From: Acidimicrobiia bacterium
Lineage (GTDB): Bacteria; Actinomycetota; Acidimicrobiia; Spongiisociales; Spongiisociaceae
Reading direction: 5' to 3'
DNA length: 64,000 bases
Assembly (NCBI GenBank): GCA_041576165.1
Contig: JBFGLM010000001.1
Span: 32,001-96,000 of the forward strand
Both the position numbers and the translations under genes were made by a program. A model generated the notes under the pieces. That model was not told where the DNA came from. It saw nothing but the letters and a program-made list of their open reading frames with translations, and did not search any database. Below are positions 9,103-19,565 of this stretch, one piece after another. Every line of letters starts with the position of its first letter. Within the stretch, counting starts at the first letter, position 1.

Positions 9103-10401
9103 ATGAACGAGCGTTACTTCGATCCCTTCATCGAGACCCTCGGGCGCAACGCACTGGAAGAATTCCAGATGCATCGCTTCCGGATGATGCTCGAGGAGAT
9201 CCTCAGCGGGAACGGCTTCTATCAGCGCAAACTGTACGACGCCGGCGTGCGCAAGGCCGGCGACATCAAACGGCTGGAAGACCTGTACAAGCTGCCGTTC
9301 ACGACCAAACAAGAGCTGACGCTCGACCAGATCGGCAACGCGCCGTATGGAACGAACCTGACGTACCCACGGGACCGCTACACGAAGATCCATCAGACGT
9401 CCGGGACGACAGGTGAGCCGCTGCAATGTCTGGACACCGACGAGAGCTGGGAATGGTGGGCGAGGTGCTGGGCGACGGTGTATCGAGCGGTAGGAGTCAC
9501 GCCCCGTGACCGCATCTTCTTCGCCTTCTCATTCGGACCCTTCATCGGGTTCTGGAGCGCCTACGAAGGCGCCAAGCATGTGGGCGGACTGGCGGTGCCC
9601 GGGGGCGGTATGTCCTCGCTCCAGCGAGCACGAGCGATCCTCACCCACGACATCACCGTTGTGGTTTGTACCCCGACCTACGCCCTGCACCTGGCTGAAG
9701 TCGCCGAGGAAGAGGGACTCGACATCGCCGGTTCTGCCGTCCACACGACGATTCACGCCGGCGAGCCCGGCGCCAGCTTGCCCGGCACGCGAAGCCGTAT
9801 CGAGAAGGCCTGGGGAGCCAGAGCATTCGACCACGCCGGCGCCACTGAGGTGGGTGCGTGGGGCTTCGAGTCGCAGGCCCAGAACGGCGTGTTCGTGCAC
9901 GAGGGCGAGTTCATATTCGAAGTCATAGACCCCGATACCGGCGACCACGCCGAAGAAGGCGAGCTCATCATCACCAATCTGGGCCGGGTGGGCTTCCCGG
10001 TCATCCGCTACCGCAGCGGGGACCGGGTGCGGATCGCGGAAGGACCATCCGCAGACGGACGCACCTTCCGGCGGCTCGACGGTGGCGTGATTGGCCGGGT
10101 CGACGATGCGATGACGGTTCGTGGGATCAATGTCTTCCCGAGCGCCATCGAGAACGTTGTCCGCCGGTTCTCCGAGATCGGCGAGTTTGCGGTGGACGTG
10201 TACCGCCGCGACGAGCTGGACGAGCTCGAACTGAAGATCGAAGTGTCGGGCGCCGAGCCGGACATGGTGGCAGCAGCATTACAGGGCGAAATCCGGGACA
10301 GCATCGGTATCCGCTCGACAGTTTCGGCCGTGCCGCACGGGACCTTGCCCCGTTTCGATCTCAAGGCCCGGCGGTTCAAGGATCACCGCTCACGCGATTG
10401 A
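9103..10401 (+). CDS. Phenylacetate-CoA ligase family (PaaK-like) aryl-CoA ligase
   Basis: LPFTTKQEL, HQTSGTTGEP, TPTYALHL, AGEPG, GATEVG, IRYRSGD, GRVDD..VRGINVFPSAIE, KARRFKD; GAGGAG Shine-Dalgarno. Confidence 0.9.
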   Translation: MNERYFDPFIETLGRNALEEFQMHRFRMMLEEILSGNGFYQRKLYDAGVRKAGDIKRLEDLYKLPFTTKQELTLDQIGNAPYGTNLTYPRDRYTKIHQTSGTTGEPLQCLDTDESWEWWARCWATVYRAVGVTPRDRIFFAFSFGPFIGFWSAYEGAKHVGGLAVPGGGMSSLQRARAILTHDITVVVCTPTYALHLAEVAEEEGLDIAGSAVHTTIHAGEPGASLPGTRSRIEKAWGARAFDHAGATEVGAWGFESQAQNGVFVHEGEFIFEVIDPDTGDHAEEGELIITNLGRVGFPVIRYRSGDRVRIAEGPSADGRTFRRLDGGVIGRVDDAMTVRGINVFPSAIENVVRRFSEIGEFAVDVYRRDELDELELKIEVSGAEPDMVAAALQGEIRDSIGIRSTVSAVPHGTLPRFDLKARRFKDHRSRD

Positions 10402-11576
10402 TCTGGGGACGCCAGTCCCAAGACTTCGAGATACAGATGCTCAATGGCGGCGGCCGCTCGATCCAACGGGTAGTTGGCTACGACGTGCTCGCGGGCCGCG
10501 GCGCCGAGCCGCTCTCCCAGCTCGGCATCATCAACCAGGCGGGCCACGGCGCCGGCGACCGCGGCCGCATCCCGGGGCGGCACCAGCAAGCCCGTCTCGC
10601 CGTGCGTGACGATCGTGTTCATCGGCGCCACATCGGTGGTGACGACGGGCAGGCTGTTGGCCATTGCCTCGAGCAGTGCCACGCCCAGACCCTCGAACAA
10701 CGACGGGAACACGAACGCGTCGGCAGCGGCCATCAGCGCGGGTACGTCGTCGCGGGCGCCGAGGATGTGAACACCCACCCGGCGGGCGGCCATAGCGGCC
10801 AGAGGCGCAGAGTTGGTCCCGCGCTGGCCGGCGATGACGAACACAGTGGCGGCCACCAGGGTACGGACCTCGTCCACCGCTTCTATGAGGTAGCGCTGGC
10901 CCTTCTGCGATGTCTGGCGACCGACGTTGAGGACCACGAACGGCTCGCCCGGGATTCCGAGCTCGTCGAAGAGCCGGGCCCGGGCCTCTGGTCGGGAAAG
11001 CGGCGACACCGCCCGCTCGAGGTCGATTCCCCGCGGGATAACCACGATCTTGGACGAGGGGAGACCTACGGTGCGCTCCCAGGATGTAGCAACCGCAGGA
11101 GTGAGCGCGTGGAAACGGGCCACGCTTCGCATCGTCAGCTGGTCGAGTACCCGGTAGGCGGCCAGCTTCCACGGCCGGACGTGGGGATTGTCCACGGCGC
11201 GAATGGGCTCGTGGCTGATGTTCACGAGAGTTTCGATCACCGGGATGCGACGAAGCCGGCCCACGATTCGCGACGCCAGGCTGGCATCCGCCACGCTGCA
11301 GTGCAGCAGATCCGGCTCGAGCCGGCGGACGTGCTCGTCCAGTCGCCGGATGATGTCGAGCCGGAATCGCGGTTTTTCGCCCGGCCCGTACAGGAACTCC
11401 ACATCCACGGCGTCGGGCACCTCTGCGGTCCGCAGGCCGCCTTCGTCGTCGGTGAACAGAGCGACGAGGGTATGGCGCAGCCGCGGGTCCTCGAACCGCT
11501 GGAGGTTCGAGACCAGTTGTTGCTCGGCGCCGCCGTTGACGCCCAGCGAGTTTGTGACATGGACTATGTGAGGCAT
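10383..11576 (-). CDS. Glycosyltransferase family 4
   Basis: GGAE; VGRQTSQKG; PSLFEGLGVALLEAM (ExxxxxxxE motif). Confidence 0.92.
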   Translation of the reverse strand: MPHIVHVTNSLGVNGGAEQQLVSNLQRFEDPRLRHTLVALFTDDEGGLRTAEVPDAVDVEFLYGPGEKPRFRLDIIRRLDEHVRRLEPDLLHCSVADASLASRIVGRLRRIPVIETLVNISHEPIRAVDNPHVRPWKLAAYRVLDQLTMRSVARFHALTPAVATSWERTVGLPSSKIVVIPRGIDLERAVSPLSRPEARARLFDELGIPGEPFVVLNVGRQTSQKGQRYLIEAVDEVRTLVAATVFVIAGQRGTNSAPLAAMAARRVGVHILGARDDVPALMAAADAFVFPSLFEGLGVALLEAMANSLPVVTTDVAPMNTIVTHGETGLLVPPRDAAAVAGAVARLVDDAELGERLGAAAREHVVANYPLDRAAAAIEHLYLEVLGLASPDQSRER

Positions 11577-11647
11577 CGAGGCTCCCGGCCTGAGGGGAGC
11601 CTAACGATCACCCGCTCCGGACGTCCGCGTCGGCGAGGAGGGTGTTG

Positions 11648-12556
11648 ATGGCTACGGGGACGGTCGACCGGCTGCTGGCCCGGATGTCCGCCATTCCCTT
11701 CATGCGGGGCAACGTCGACCTGGTAGTCCTTGCCTATCACGGGGTAGACGATGCCCTGAGCTTCGGGCGCCATCTGGACCACCTCGTCGCCCACTACTCA
11801 CCGGTCCGGCTCGACGAGGTGCTGGCTGCGGTCGAGGGTGCACCACTCCCCCCACGTGCCGCGCTGATCACCTTCGACGACGGTGAGCGCACAGTGCTCA
11901 CCGTCGGACTTCCAGAACTGACCCGCCGCGGTTTGCCCGCAGTGGTGTTTGCCGTGCCGGGCGTGATCGACACCGACCGACCGTTCTGGTGGGTCGAGGC
12001 GGAGACACTTGCCCGGGCCGGCGCCACCAGCCGTCTGGTGCCACAGCAGGTCCAGAACGAGGGCCCGTCGGCGCTCGTCCGCTACCTGAAGCAGGTGCCC
12101 GATGTCCGAATGCAGGAGATCCTGGCAGAGATGCGCGCCGGGGCCGGACCCGTCCGCACTCGCCAGCTGAGCTCTGACGAGGTGCGCCGCCTCGACGAGG
12201 AAGGGGCTCAGGTCGAAAACCACTCGATGACCCACCCCCTCCTCGACCAGTGCACCGATGAGAAGATCGCCACAGAGATCGCCGCGGCTCACGAGCGACT
12301 GACGGACATCCTCGGCCGCTCGCCCTCGGTATTTGCGTATCCGAACGGCAACACCGACGAACGAGTCGGAGCGGCCTTGGCTGCTCATGGCTACCGGGCA
12401 GCATTCCTGTTTGACCATCGATTGGTCCGCCTCCCGATCCGCGACCCGCTGTCTATCTCGCGGGTGCGGGTCAACTCGACGACAACGCTGGATCGCTTCA
12501 CGGCCATCGCGGCCGGGCTCCACCCGGCCATCCACCGGCTGCGGAACCGGCCGTGA
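11648..12556 (+). CDS. Polysaccharide deacetylase (CE4/NodB)
   Basis: LAYH, ITFDDG, HSMTHP, FAYPNG. Confidence 0.9.
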   Translation: MATGTVDRLLARMSAIPFMRGNVDLVVLAYHGVDDALSFGRHLDHLVAHYSPVRLDEVLAAVEGAPLPPRAALITFDDGERTVLTVGLPELTRRGLPAVVFAVPGVIDTDRPFWWVEAETLARAGATSRLVPQQVQNEGPSALVRYLKQVPDVRMQEILAEMRAGAGPVRTRQLSSDEVRRLDEEGAQVENHSMTHPLLDQCTDEKIATEIAAAHERLTDILGRSPSVFAYPNGNTDERVGAALAAHGYRAAFLFDHRLVRLPIRDPLSISRVRVNSTTTLDRFTAIAAGLHPAIHRLRNRP

Positions 12557-13581
12557 GCCCATCCGACATCGTCGACTTCCGCGACACGGTGGCTGTGGAA
12601 GCGATTACGCCCGCCTGGCACCGACTGGCGTGGGAGACAGCCGGTTCGTCGTACTTTCAGTCGCCTGAATGGGTGCGCGCCTGGTGGGAGCACCTGGCCG
12701 ACCGGCCCGAGACGCGTGTGGCCGTTTGGCGCGACAGGCAAAACGATCTCGAAGCGGTTGCAGCGATGTCCAGGCGTTCGGAACGCCTCCACCGCAAGCT
12801 CCGCGTGCCGGTAACGTTCTGGACCAACGCCGGCAGCGGACCGGGCGCGGCCGACCACACTGGGTTCCCGGCGCTTCCGGGGCGCACGAGCGACGTGGCC
12901 GGCTGGCTGGCCACCCTCGACGGGTCGGTCCTCATCCGCAACGCCGCCCCGACGTCGGCCGCGGCCATTCCGGCGGGAGCCCGGGCGGTGGAGGAATCGC
13001 CCTGCCCCCGGCTGTCCATCCCGGCTGGCGACGAACCGATCGGTCGTTCGTCGAAATTCCGCAAGCGGCTCCGCCGCAACAGCCGCATGCTGCGGGAGCG
13101 GGGTATCGAGTTCCGGGCAGTGGCCGGACCTGATATCAGCGCCTTCATGCTGAACCGACTCATGGATCTGCACGAAGCACGCGGCGAGGCGATGAGCTGG
13201 TCGACTACCTTCACTCCCGCCCGGATCGGGTTTCATCGCCAGCTGATCGAGGGCAGCGACCCAGGTCGCGGCCCGGGCATCATGCTTGCGGAAACCCCGG
13301 AGCAGATCGTCGGGATCCTTTACGGGTTCTGGTGGCGTGACACATTCAGCTACTTCCAGACCGGCTGGGATCCCAGCTGGTGGGAACTCTCCTTGGGGAC
13401 GGCTCTCGTCTACGAGATGATTCTTCACGCCCGGTCTGCGGGCGCCCGCGTATTCGACTTTCTGCGGGGCCCCGAGGACTACAAGTACCGGTTCGGCGCC
13501 GAGGACCTGGTGGACCGCACGTGGCTGCTACCCCGTGGTGCTTCCGGCAAACTGCTCGAAGCGAAAGCCAGAGCCGGCTGA
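12553..13581 (+). CDS. GNAT acyltransferase, CelD/BcsL type
   Basis: FQSPEWVRAWW, SSKFRKRLRR, YFQTGWDP..SLG, FDFLRGPEDYKYRF. Confidence 0.85.
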   Translation: MSPSDIVDFRDTVAVEAITPAWHRLAWETAGSSYFQSPEWVRAWWEHLADRPETRVAVWRDRQNDLEAVAAMSRRSERLHRKLRVPVTFWTNAGSGPGAADHTGFPALPGRTSDVAGWLATLDGSVLIRNAAPTSAAAIPAGARAVEESPCPRLSIPAGDEPIGRSSKFRKRLRRNSRMLRERGIEFRAVAGPDISAFMLNRLMDLHEARGEAMSWSTTFTPARIGFHRQLIEGSDPGRGPGIMLAETPEQIVGILYGFWWRDTFSYFQTGWDPSWWELSLGTALVYEMILHARSAGARVFDFLRGPEDYKYRFGAEDLVDRTWLLPRGASGKLLEAKARAG

Positions 13582-13631
13582 GCTCGCCCTGGCGCCCGCT
13601 GGAGCGACAATCGAGGGCCGTCAGCACCCCA

Positions 13632-14450
13632 TCATGGGCCCGTATAGCCTTTGAAACGCCGTCTGAGGCGATCCTCCAGCTGGAGGCCCATCCGGAGCTT
13701 CCGCTTGAAGAAGACCATCCCGTCGGACAGCTGGACCGGAACCCGGTTCAACTTGCGCAGATCGGTCCGGGCGGAGATTCCGGGACCGCTCCCGAGCGTC
13801 GCGGTCCGGTAGAGCCTCTCGACGTGAGGGTGGGCAGCGGCCGACCACCAACCATATGGGTAGCAGAAGTGGATGGGGCGCGCGCCGAGCCTCTCTTCGA
13901 TCAGGCGGTTGGACTCCTCCAGCTCACGGGCAATCTCGTTGGAGCCGATCAGGGTCAGGTCGGGATGCCGGTGGGTGTGGGCGCCCAGCGTCATGAGTCC
14001 GGAGCCTGCCATCTCCGCCACCTGCGACCATGTCACCGGTTGGGCCCGACCACCCGGGTACAGCGGCTCGCCCGATTCGGTCGGATGGGTCGTCAGATAG
14101 AGAGTGAAGGGAATCCCCGCGTCACGCAGGGGCGGAAAGGCCAGGCGATACATATCGTCGTATCCATCGTCAAACGTCAGCACCACCAGCCGGTGCGAGT
14201 CCGGCTCTGCCCGCCGGCTCAACGCAGTCTCGAGATCAACGATCTCGAAGTTGGCCTCTAGCCAGTCGAGCTGGCGGGTGAAGATATCGACCGGCACCTC
14301 CATTTCCCGGCCGAGCCCGGCCTCGATCTGGTGGTACACGAGGAGTCGCGGGCCTGCCAAGCGGCCGAATGCGGGGTCGGCCAGCGCGGCTGCGGCTTTT
14401 ATCGACCGTCGTACAGCGCGATCGAGGGCTCGTTGAGCGGGACTCTTCAC
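13632..14450 (-). CDS. Polysaccharide deacetylase (CE4/NodB)
   Basis: LVYH, LTFDDG, GAHTHRHP, FCYPYG. Confidence 0.9.
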   Translation of the reverse strand: MKSPAQRALDRAVRRSIKAAAALADPAFGRLAGPRLLVYHQIEAGLGREMEVPVDIFTRQLDWLEANFEIVDLETALSRRAEPDSHRLVVLTFDDGYDDMYRLAFPPLRDAGIPFTLYLTTHPTESGEPLYPGGRAQPVTWSQVAEMAGSGLMTLGAHTHRHPDLTLIGSNEIARELEESNRLIEERLGARPIHFCYPYGWWSAAAHPHVERLYRTATLGSGPGISARTDLRKLNRVPVQLSDGMVFFKRKLRMGLQLEDRLRRRFKGYTGP

Positions 14451-14484
14451 CTGACCGCTTATCTCCTCCGCAAGTGGCCGGGGG

Positions 14485-17277
14485 TCAGCCGGGCGGCGTC
14501 AGCGCGACCAGTTCTTCTTCGGTCAGCACGTCTTGCACCAGCAGCCCAAGCCGCTGAAGCGGCGCCACGTTAGCCCGGATGCCCTCGTCGAAGTTGGGGT
14601 CCCATCCCTGCGGCTGCTGCTCGGGCGGCTTCCACGGATACCAGATTCGGGCGTTCGGCGTCGTTCCCTCGAACAGCCAGCCCAGCGCGATGTCGAAGGT
14701 GCGTACGTCTTTGATCTGATCCTCCAGCCGGCGGATCTGCGCATTCTTCCGGTTCTTCGTAGCCATCTTCAGGTGCCGGTTGAGGGTGTCGAGCTGGCGT
14801 CGCAGGAGTTCGGCACGGAGGAGGTCGATTCTCTCTTTGGTGGCCCGCTTGAAATGGGTGAGGGCCTGGAACGTGCCGCCCGGGCTCGACACGTGCCAGA
14901 TCTCGGGCTCGCGGCCGGTCTGGGCGAGGTGACGGGTGAAGAAATGCTCGGCGGTCCAGTGGTTGATCGCGGTGGCCACCCGTTCGCTCGTCCTCCCGCC
15001 GGGCTCTACCGCGAAGAAGCTGATCAGGTCGGCCTGGAGCCGCCGGCGACTGTCATCATCGAGGCCGTCAGCGAGCGAATCGAGCACTCGGCTGCCCAGG
15101 GTCTTGTGTCCCTTGATCCGGACCAGCGGAACAAAACCGTACTTGGTCACCTCTCGAATACCGGGGTCGAACCGTTGGGTGCCTGCAACTCCCGAGAAAC
15201 CCTGCACGATGTGATAGATCGTGGTCTCCATCATTTCGGGTAGGTGGTCGAGTGCGACATGGCCGTTGCCGGTGACCGCCGGCGTCCGGTCCTCATGGCC
15301 GCCGGCCGCCAACGGTAGGTCGATGGGGACGATTTCGGCGGCCTTCAGGTCGGCGGCTGACTCCACCGGCACCGGCGCCGGCAGCGCATCCACCTTTGGG
15401 GCGGGCGTCGGGTTGGCGACCTCTTTGGCTTCGACTCTGGGAGGCGCGGCGCTTTCGGCCTTCGCCGCCGGTCCCGCCTTCGCCCGCTGGCGTTGCATCG
15501 CGGCCACCACCGCATCCACCGGGTCCTCTTCATCGTCGCGCCGGCGTGGCGACGGCGGTTCGGATGCCGGGAGCGTGGGGACTAGTCCGTCGTCGCTGCG
15601 GGATGCCTTCATCACCAGCACTGCCCCCATCACCCCCACCCCGAAGCTGTTGAGCTGAGCGTGCAGCGCCTCTGCCATCGGGGCGGTAGTGCGGCCCGGT
15701 CGGATCGCGAAGATGACGTGGTCGAGCCGGTTCAACACGGTCTGTGCGGTCGTTTCTGTCGCGTCGCTGGTGGTGACGATCGTCATGTCGAACAGGTCAC
15801 CGACCTCTTCGAGCATGATGGCCAGGCGCCTGCTCGCCAGAGCATCCGCTGGATCTCCGAGCCCCTCACCTACCCGCATCGCCACGAGACCGGGCCGGAT
15901 CTCCTTTGTCTCGGTCACTGCACGTTTTACGAAGGACCGGAACGACTCCTCATCGTCCATGCGATGGGCCAAAACTTCGGAGAATGTCGGGCCCAGGCCG
16001 TCGAACTCGGCCAGTTCGGCCGGGTTGTCGAAGTTGGCGTCGATGAGAAGCACCCGGTTGCCCGATGTGACCATGCTCATGGCGAAATCAGCCGCTAAGG
16101 CGTGGACGGCTTCGGGGGGCGAGTTGACGCCGGCAAAGCCGAGATTGGCTCTGGTGCCGCCCAGGCCGCTCTCCACGGTCACACGCATCGCCTGGACGGC
16201 CCGCCGTCGCTGGGGTGGGCCCCCCAGCTCGTACCACAACTGCCCGGCCACCCGAAGTGGGTTGCGCGGTGGCAACTCGGCCAGAACCGGCATGGTTCCA
16301 AGATCCGACCCGACCCAGACGGTCTGCCGGGCCCGGTCGGCCAAGATGACGATTCCTACTGAGAGCCCGGTTCCGACAATCAGCCCCAGTATCCCCGCCA
16401 GCACCTCGGAGGCGGGTTCGGTGGTGTTGTCGATCGTTTCGGTGATCCCCAGGGTGAAGGGCTCGGGCGGCTCGACCTCGAGCAGGATGGCCGTGTAGTC
16501 GTTCAACAACGTGTTGTACTGGTCGTTGAGGATCTCGAGACGGCGGGTCTTTTCGGAGAGCACATCGGACGACGGGACGGCGATTGAGCTGATCTCCTGG
16601 TCGATTTCGGCAATCCGGTCCTCGACAATCTGGATCTCGGCTTCGACATCCTCGACCGTGCGAGGCTCGTCTTCCTGGGGATTGGTGTCCGGACCGAGCA
16701 GCAACTCGATCTCGAGGTCGTCCAGAACTCGCTCCAGCGACTCGCGGTCGCTGGTGAGCTCGTCGACCCGCACGACCAGATCGGGGTCGGCCTGCAAGTC
16801 TTGGTTGAGACCGTTTATCTCTTCCTCGATCGTCGCCAGCGCCGAATCCAAACGCTCTATCTCTGCTTCGCGCTCTGACTGCGAACCTTTCAGGCGGGCT
16901 CGGGCCGCGTTGATGTAGGTGTCGCGCAGCAACAGCGCCGTAGTCTGCGCGTCTGCCTCGTTGCGGGCCAGGCCCACGAACTGGATGATGCCGACGTCCT
17001 CGGGGTCAATCCGGATGATGGCCAGCGGTCCGATGTTGTCAGCGTTGGCGTCCTCAGCGAGATCCATCGCCGCCTCAACCAGGTTCTGCAATCCGGTCTG
17101 GCGGTCGTCGTCGTTCTCAAATGTGAAGAGGACGGGTGCGATGGCTTCGAATTCCGGCTTGATGCGGCTGTTGCTGACGGACGTTATGACAAACCCGGCC
17201 ACGAGACCAACGCCTGCCAGGGCGACAAAGAGCCACCAGCGGGCGCGAGCGATTCGTAGAAGCCGACTCAGTTCCAC
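14485..17277 (-). CDS. Wzz/Wzc-like polysaccharide co-polymerase with degenerate kinase domain and extra C-terminal domain
   Basis: N-terminal TM, acidic coiled-coil, second TM, PVLAELP, GNRVLLIDAN; Walker A and B degenerate; Pro/Ala linker then ~260 unassigned residues. Confidence 0.75.
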   Translation of the reverse strand: MELSRLLRIARARWWLFVALAGVGLVAGFVITSVSNSRIKPEFEAIAPVLFTFENDDDRQTGLQNLVEAAMDLAEDANADNIGPLAIIRIDPEDVGIIQFVGLARNEADAQTTALLLRDTYINAARARLKGSQSEREAEIERLDSALATIEEEINGLNQDLQADPDLVVRVDELTSDRESLERVLDDLEIELLLGPDTNPQEDEPRTVEDVEAEIQIVEDRIAEIDQEISSIAVPSSDVLSEKTRRLEILNDQYNTLLNDYTAILLEVEPPEPFTLGITETIDNTTEPASEVLAGILGLIVGTGLSVGIVILADRARQTVWVGSDLGTMPVLAELPPRNPLRVAGQLWYELGGPPQRRRAVQAMRVTVESGLGGTRANLGFAGVNSPPEAVHALAADFAMSMVTSGNRVLLIDANFDNPAELAEFDGLGPTFSEVLAHRMDDEESFRSFVKRAVTETKEIRPGLVAMRVGEGLGDPADALASRRLAIMLEEVGDLFDMTIVTTSDATETTAQTVLNRLDHVIFAIRPGRTTAPMAEALHAQLNSFGVGVMGAVLVMKASRSDDGLVPTLPASEPPSPRRRDDEEDPVDAVVAAMQRQRAKAGPAAKAESAAPPRVEAKEVANPTPAPKVDALPAPVPVESAADLKAAEIVPIDLPLAAGGHEDRTPAVTGNGHVALDHLPEMMETTIYHIVQGFSGVAGTQRFDPGIREVTKYGFVPLVRIKGHKTLGSRVLDSLADGLDDDSRRRLQADLISFFAVEPGGRTSERVATAINHWTAEHFFTRHLAQTGREPEIWHVSSPGGTFQALTHFKRATKERIDLLRAELLRRQLDTLNRHLKMATKNRKNAQIRRLEDQIKDVRTFDIALGWLFEGTTPNARIWYPWKPPEQQPQGWDPNFDEGIRANVAPLQRLGLLVQDVLTEEELVALTPPG

Positions 17278-19208
17278 GGAGCCAAATCACCTTCCAATGC
17301 ACGAAGGTCTACGACTTCATCCCCCCGCCACGTCTTGCATGCCATGTTACGCAGCACCCGCGTGGCGCCCGCGGAGTCGCCAACCGCGGCCAGCTCCTCG
17401 AGCAGCTCGATCGTGTCGAGCACGGTGACCGGACCCGGATAGCCTGGACGCGCCACCCCGATCTTGGGATGCTCGGTGAACTGGAGTGGCTCCCACGACA
17501 GCACCTCCTGCATCTTCTCACCGGGCCGGCGCCCAATCACCTTGAGTTCGATGTCTCGACCAGGGACGAGTCCGGCGAGGCGGATCATGCGATGGGCGAG
17601 ATCGCCGATCCTCACGGGCTCGCCCATGTCCAGTACGAAGATCTCGCCTCCGTCGGCCATGGCGGAAGCCTGCAATACCAATTGGACCGCCTCGTCGACC
17701 GTCATGAAGTATCGCGTCATGTCGGGGTCGGTGATCGTGACGGGGCCGCCAGCCTGGATCTGGTGAATGAAGGTGGGCACCACGCTCCCACGGCTGCCCA
17801 GAACATTGCCGAAGCGGACACTGGAGTAGAGGGCACCGTCGCCGCGGGCGTGGGCGGCCTGTGTCAGCATCTCCGAGATCCGCTTGGTGGCGCCCATCAC
17901 ACTGGACGGGGCTACGGCCTTGTCGGTGGAGATGTTGATGAACCGCTCAACGCCGACCTCGCGGCCGGCATCCATGACGTTCAGTGTCCCCACCACGTTG
18001 GTCTTGACGGCTTCATCGGGGTAGTGCTGCAGGATGGGCACGTGCTTGAGCGCGGCGGCATGGAACACGATCTGCGGCCGGCATTCCTCGAAGACACGTC
18101 GGACTCGATCTCGGTCGCGGATGTTGCACAGCACCGTCCTGGGGCGCCGGGCTCCGACCACCAGCCACTGCAGGGTCGCCTCGTGCAACGCCGACTCGTC
18201 GCGGTCGAGCGCATACACGGTTTCGGGATCGAACATCAAGAGCTGGCGGACGATCTCGGACCCGATCGAACCGCCCGCTCCCGTGACCATCACGGTCTTG
18301 CCACGAATCAACTCGGCCACCGTTTTGAGATCCGTGGACACGGTTGGACGGGGCAACAGGTCGGTGATCTCGAGATCCCGCGGATCGGTCGAGGCCAATT
18401 CTCCCGCCAGCACCATGTCGATGTCGGGCATGATGCGCAGCGCCACATCCACCCACATGCACTGGTCCAGCACCTGGCGGGCGAGTCTGGCGCCGCCTTC
18501 GGACACCACGATCTGATCGATCCGGTGGTGGTCGATCAGCTCGGGAAGCTGGTTGAGCGGTCCCACGACCGGCAATCCCGCTAGTCGCTTGACACCCGCT
18601 CCCGCGTTGACCGAGACGAAACCGACGATTTCGGTAGATTTGCCGGCATAGCGGGCAAAGTCGGCGGCGGCCCGCCCGGTCCCGACGATGAGGCTGCGCA
18701 AGGGGCCTTCTTCACCGTGTTCCCGCCGGAACGAGAACAGGCGAGACCGGAAACGCACGAGCCCCATCCCGAACAGGCCGAGCAGCCCACCCCAGATGAT
18801 CGTCCCGAACGGCACAGGTCCGAGCCGATCGAACAGCGCCCGGTATGCCATCACCAGCGTCAGGTTGACGGCCGTCGCGATCACGGTCGACACGGCGACC
18901 AGCTTGGCTTCGGCAATCGAGGCGTACTCCCAGACGTGTCCGTACGCGCCGAGAACCACGTTGAAGAAGATATGCACCAGGATCGCCACCGGTAGAAAGG
19001 TGAACAGGGAGCCAAACAGCCCGGACGGGACCCCTCCTGCCTGATCGAGATACCGCAGTTCCAACGCTGCCAGATAGGCGAGGCTGATCAAGAACGCGTC
19101 GATGATCGCAAAGGACAAGTCGGCTCGGAGATGCGCCGCCCCCCTCGCAACGCGCACTCTCCACGCGCTCGACCCTGCAGAATGAGAGCCCCGGCTCATC
19201 CTCTCCAC
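17268..19208 (-). CDS. Membrane-bound nucleotide-sugar 4,6-dehydratase (CapD/PglF/WbpM family)
   Basis: Four N-terminal TMs; VTGAGGSIGSE, FHAAALKHVP, STDKAV, GATKR, RFGNVLGSRGSV, GRRPGEK. Confidence 0.93.
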   Translation of the reverse strand: MERMSRGSHSAGSSAWRVRVARGAAHLRADLSFAIIDAFLISLAYLAALELRYLDQAGGVPSGLFGSLFTFLPVAILVHIFFNVVLGAYGHVWEYASIAEAKLVAVSTVIATAVNLTLVMAYRALFDRLGPVPFGTIIWGGLLGLFGMGLVRFRSRLFSFRREHGEEGPLRSLIVGTGRAAADFARYAGKSTEIVGFVSVNAGAGVKRLAGLPVVGPLNQLPELIDHHRIDQIVVSEGGARLARQVLDQCMWVDVALRIMPDIDMVLAGELASTDPRDLEITDLLPRPTVSTDLKTVAELIRGKTVMVTGAGGSIGSEIVRQLLMFDPETVYALDRDESALHEATLQWLVVGARRPRTVLCNIRDRDRVRRVFEECRPQIVFHAAALKHVPILQHYPDEAVKTNVVGTLNVMDAGREVGVERFINISTDKAVAPSSVMGATKRISEMLTQAAHARGDGALYSSVRFGNVLGSRGSVVPTFIHQIQAGGPVTITDPDMTRYFMTVDEAVQLVLQASAMADGGEIFVLDMGEPVRIGDLAHRMIRLAGLVPGRDIELKVIGRRPGEKMQEVLSWEPLQFTEHPKIGVARPGYPGPVTVLDTIELLEELAAVGDSAGATRVLRNMACKTWRGDEVVDLRALEGDLAPWN

Positions 19209-19565
19209 AGATCGCCTCCCTTAGTCCCCCCGGGGATTCCGAATCCCCGTGAATCCAGTCGTCCCCGCCCCCTGGCGCTTGCATAGGACTGAAAGGCCTG
19301 CACCTTCGGCAATCCTGGCAAACGCCGAGCCGGCAACGGACCCCCAGTCTCCGTCGACAATAGCCACTCTCGGTGCTCTACGTACGCTGTCTCGCCTGTG
19401 GCGAGGTAGATATCACCCTATCTGCGGAAATATGGGTCGTGAGACCCATATTGGCCACCTCCGACCGGGTGGATTTGAACACAGAGGGTGATAGGTTTGG
19501 CCCGCGCGAGACCGGGCGGTATGCCGCAGACGGCCGTGCGCAATCAGGCCAGGGGAGGTTTCCGA

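Noticed and set aside
9091-9103. The chorismate lyase UGA stop is in frame with the PaaK-like ATG 9 nt later, suggesting Sec read-through fusion
   Set aside because: A strong GAGGAG Shine-Dalgarno precedes the ATG, there is no redox motif context, and both proteins are full length separately
9858-11648. Long alternative-frame ORFs (e.g. 9858-11648, 25435-26877, 34714-36315)
   Set aside because: Arg/Gly/Pro-rich shadow ORFs typical of high-GC DNA, overlapping well-supported genes
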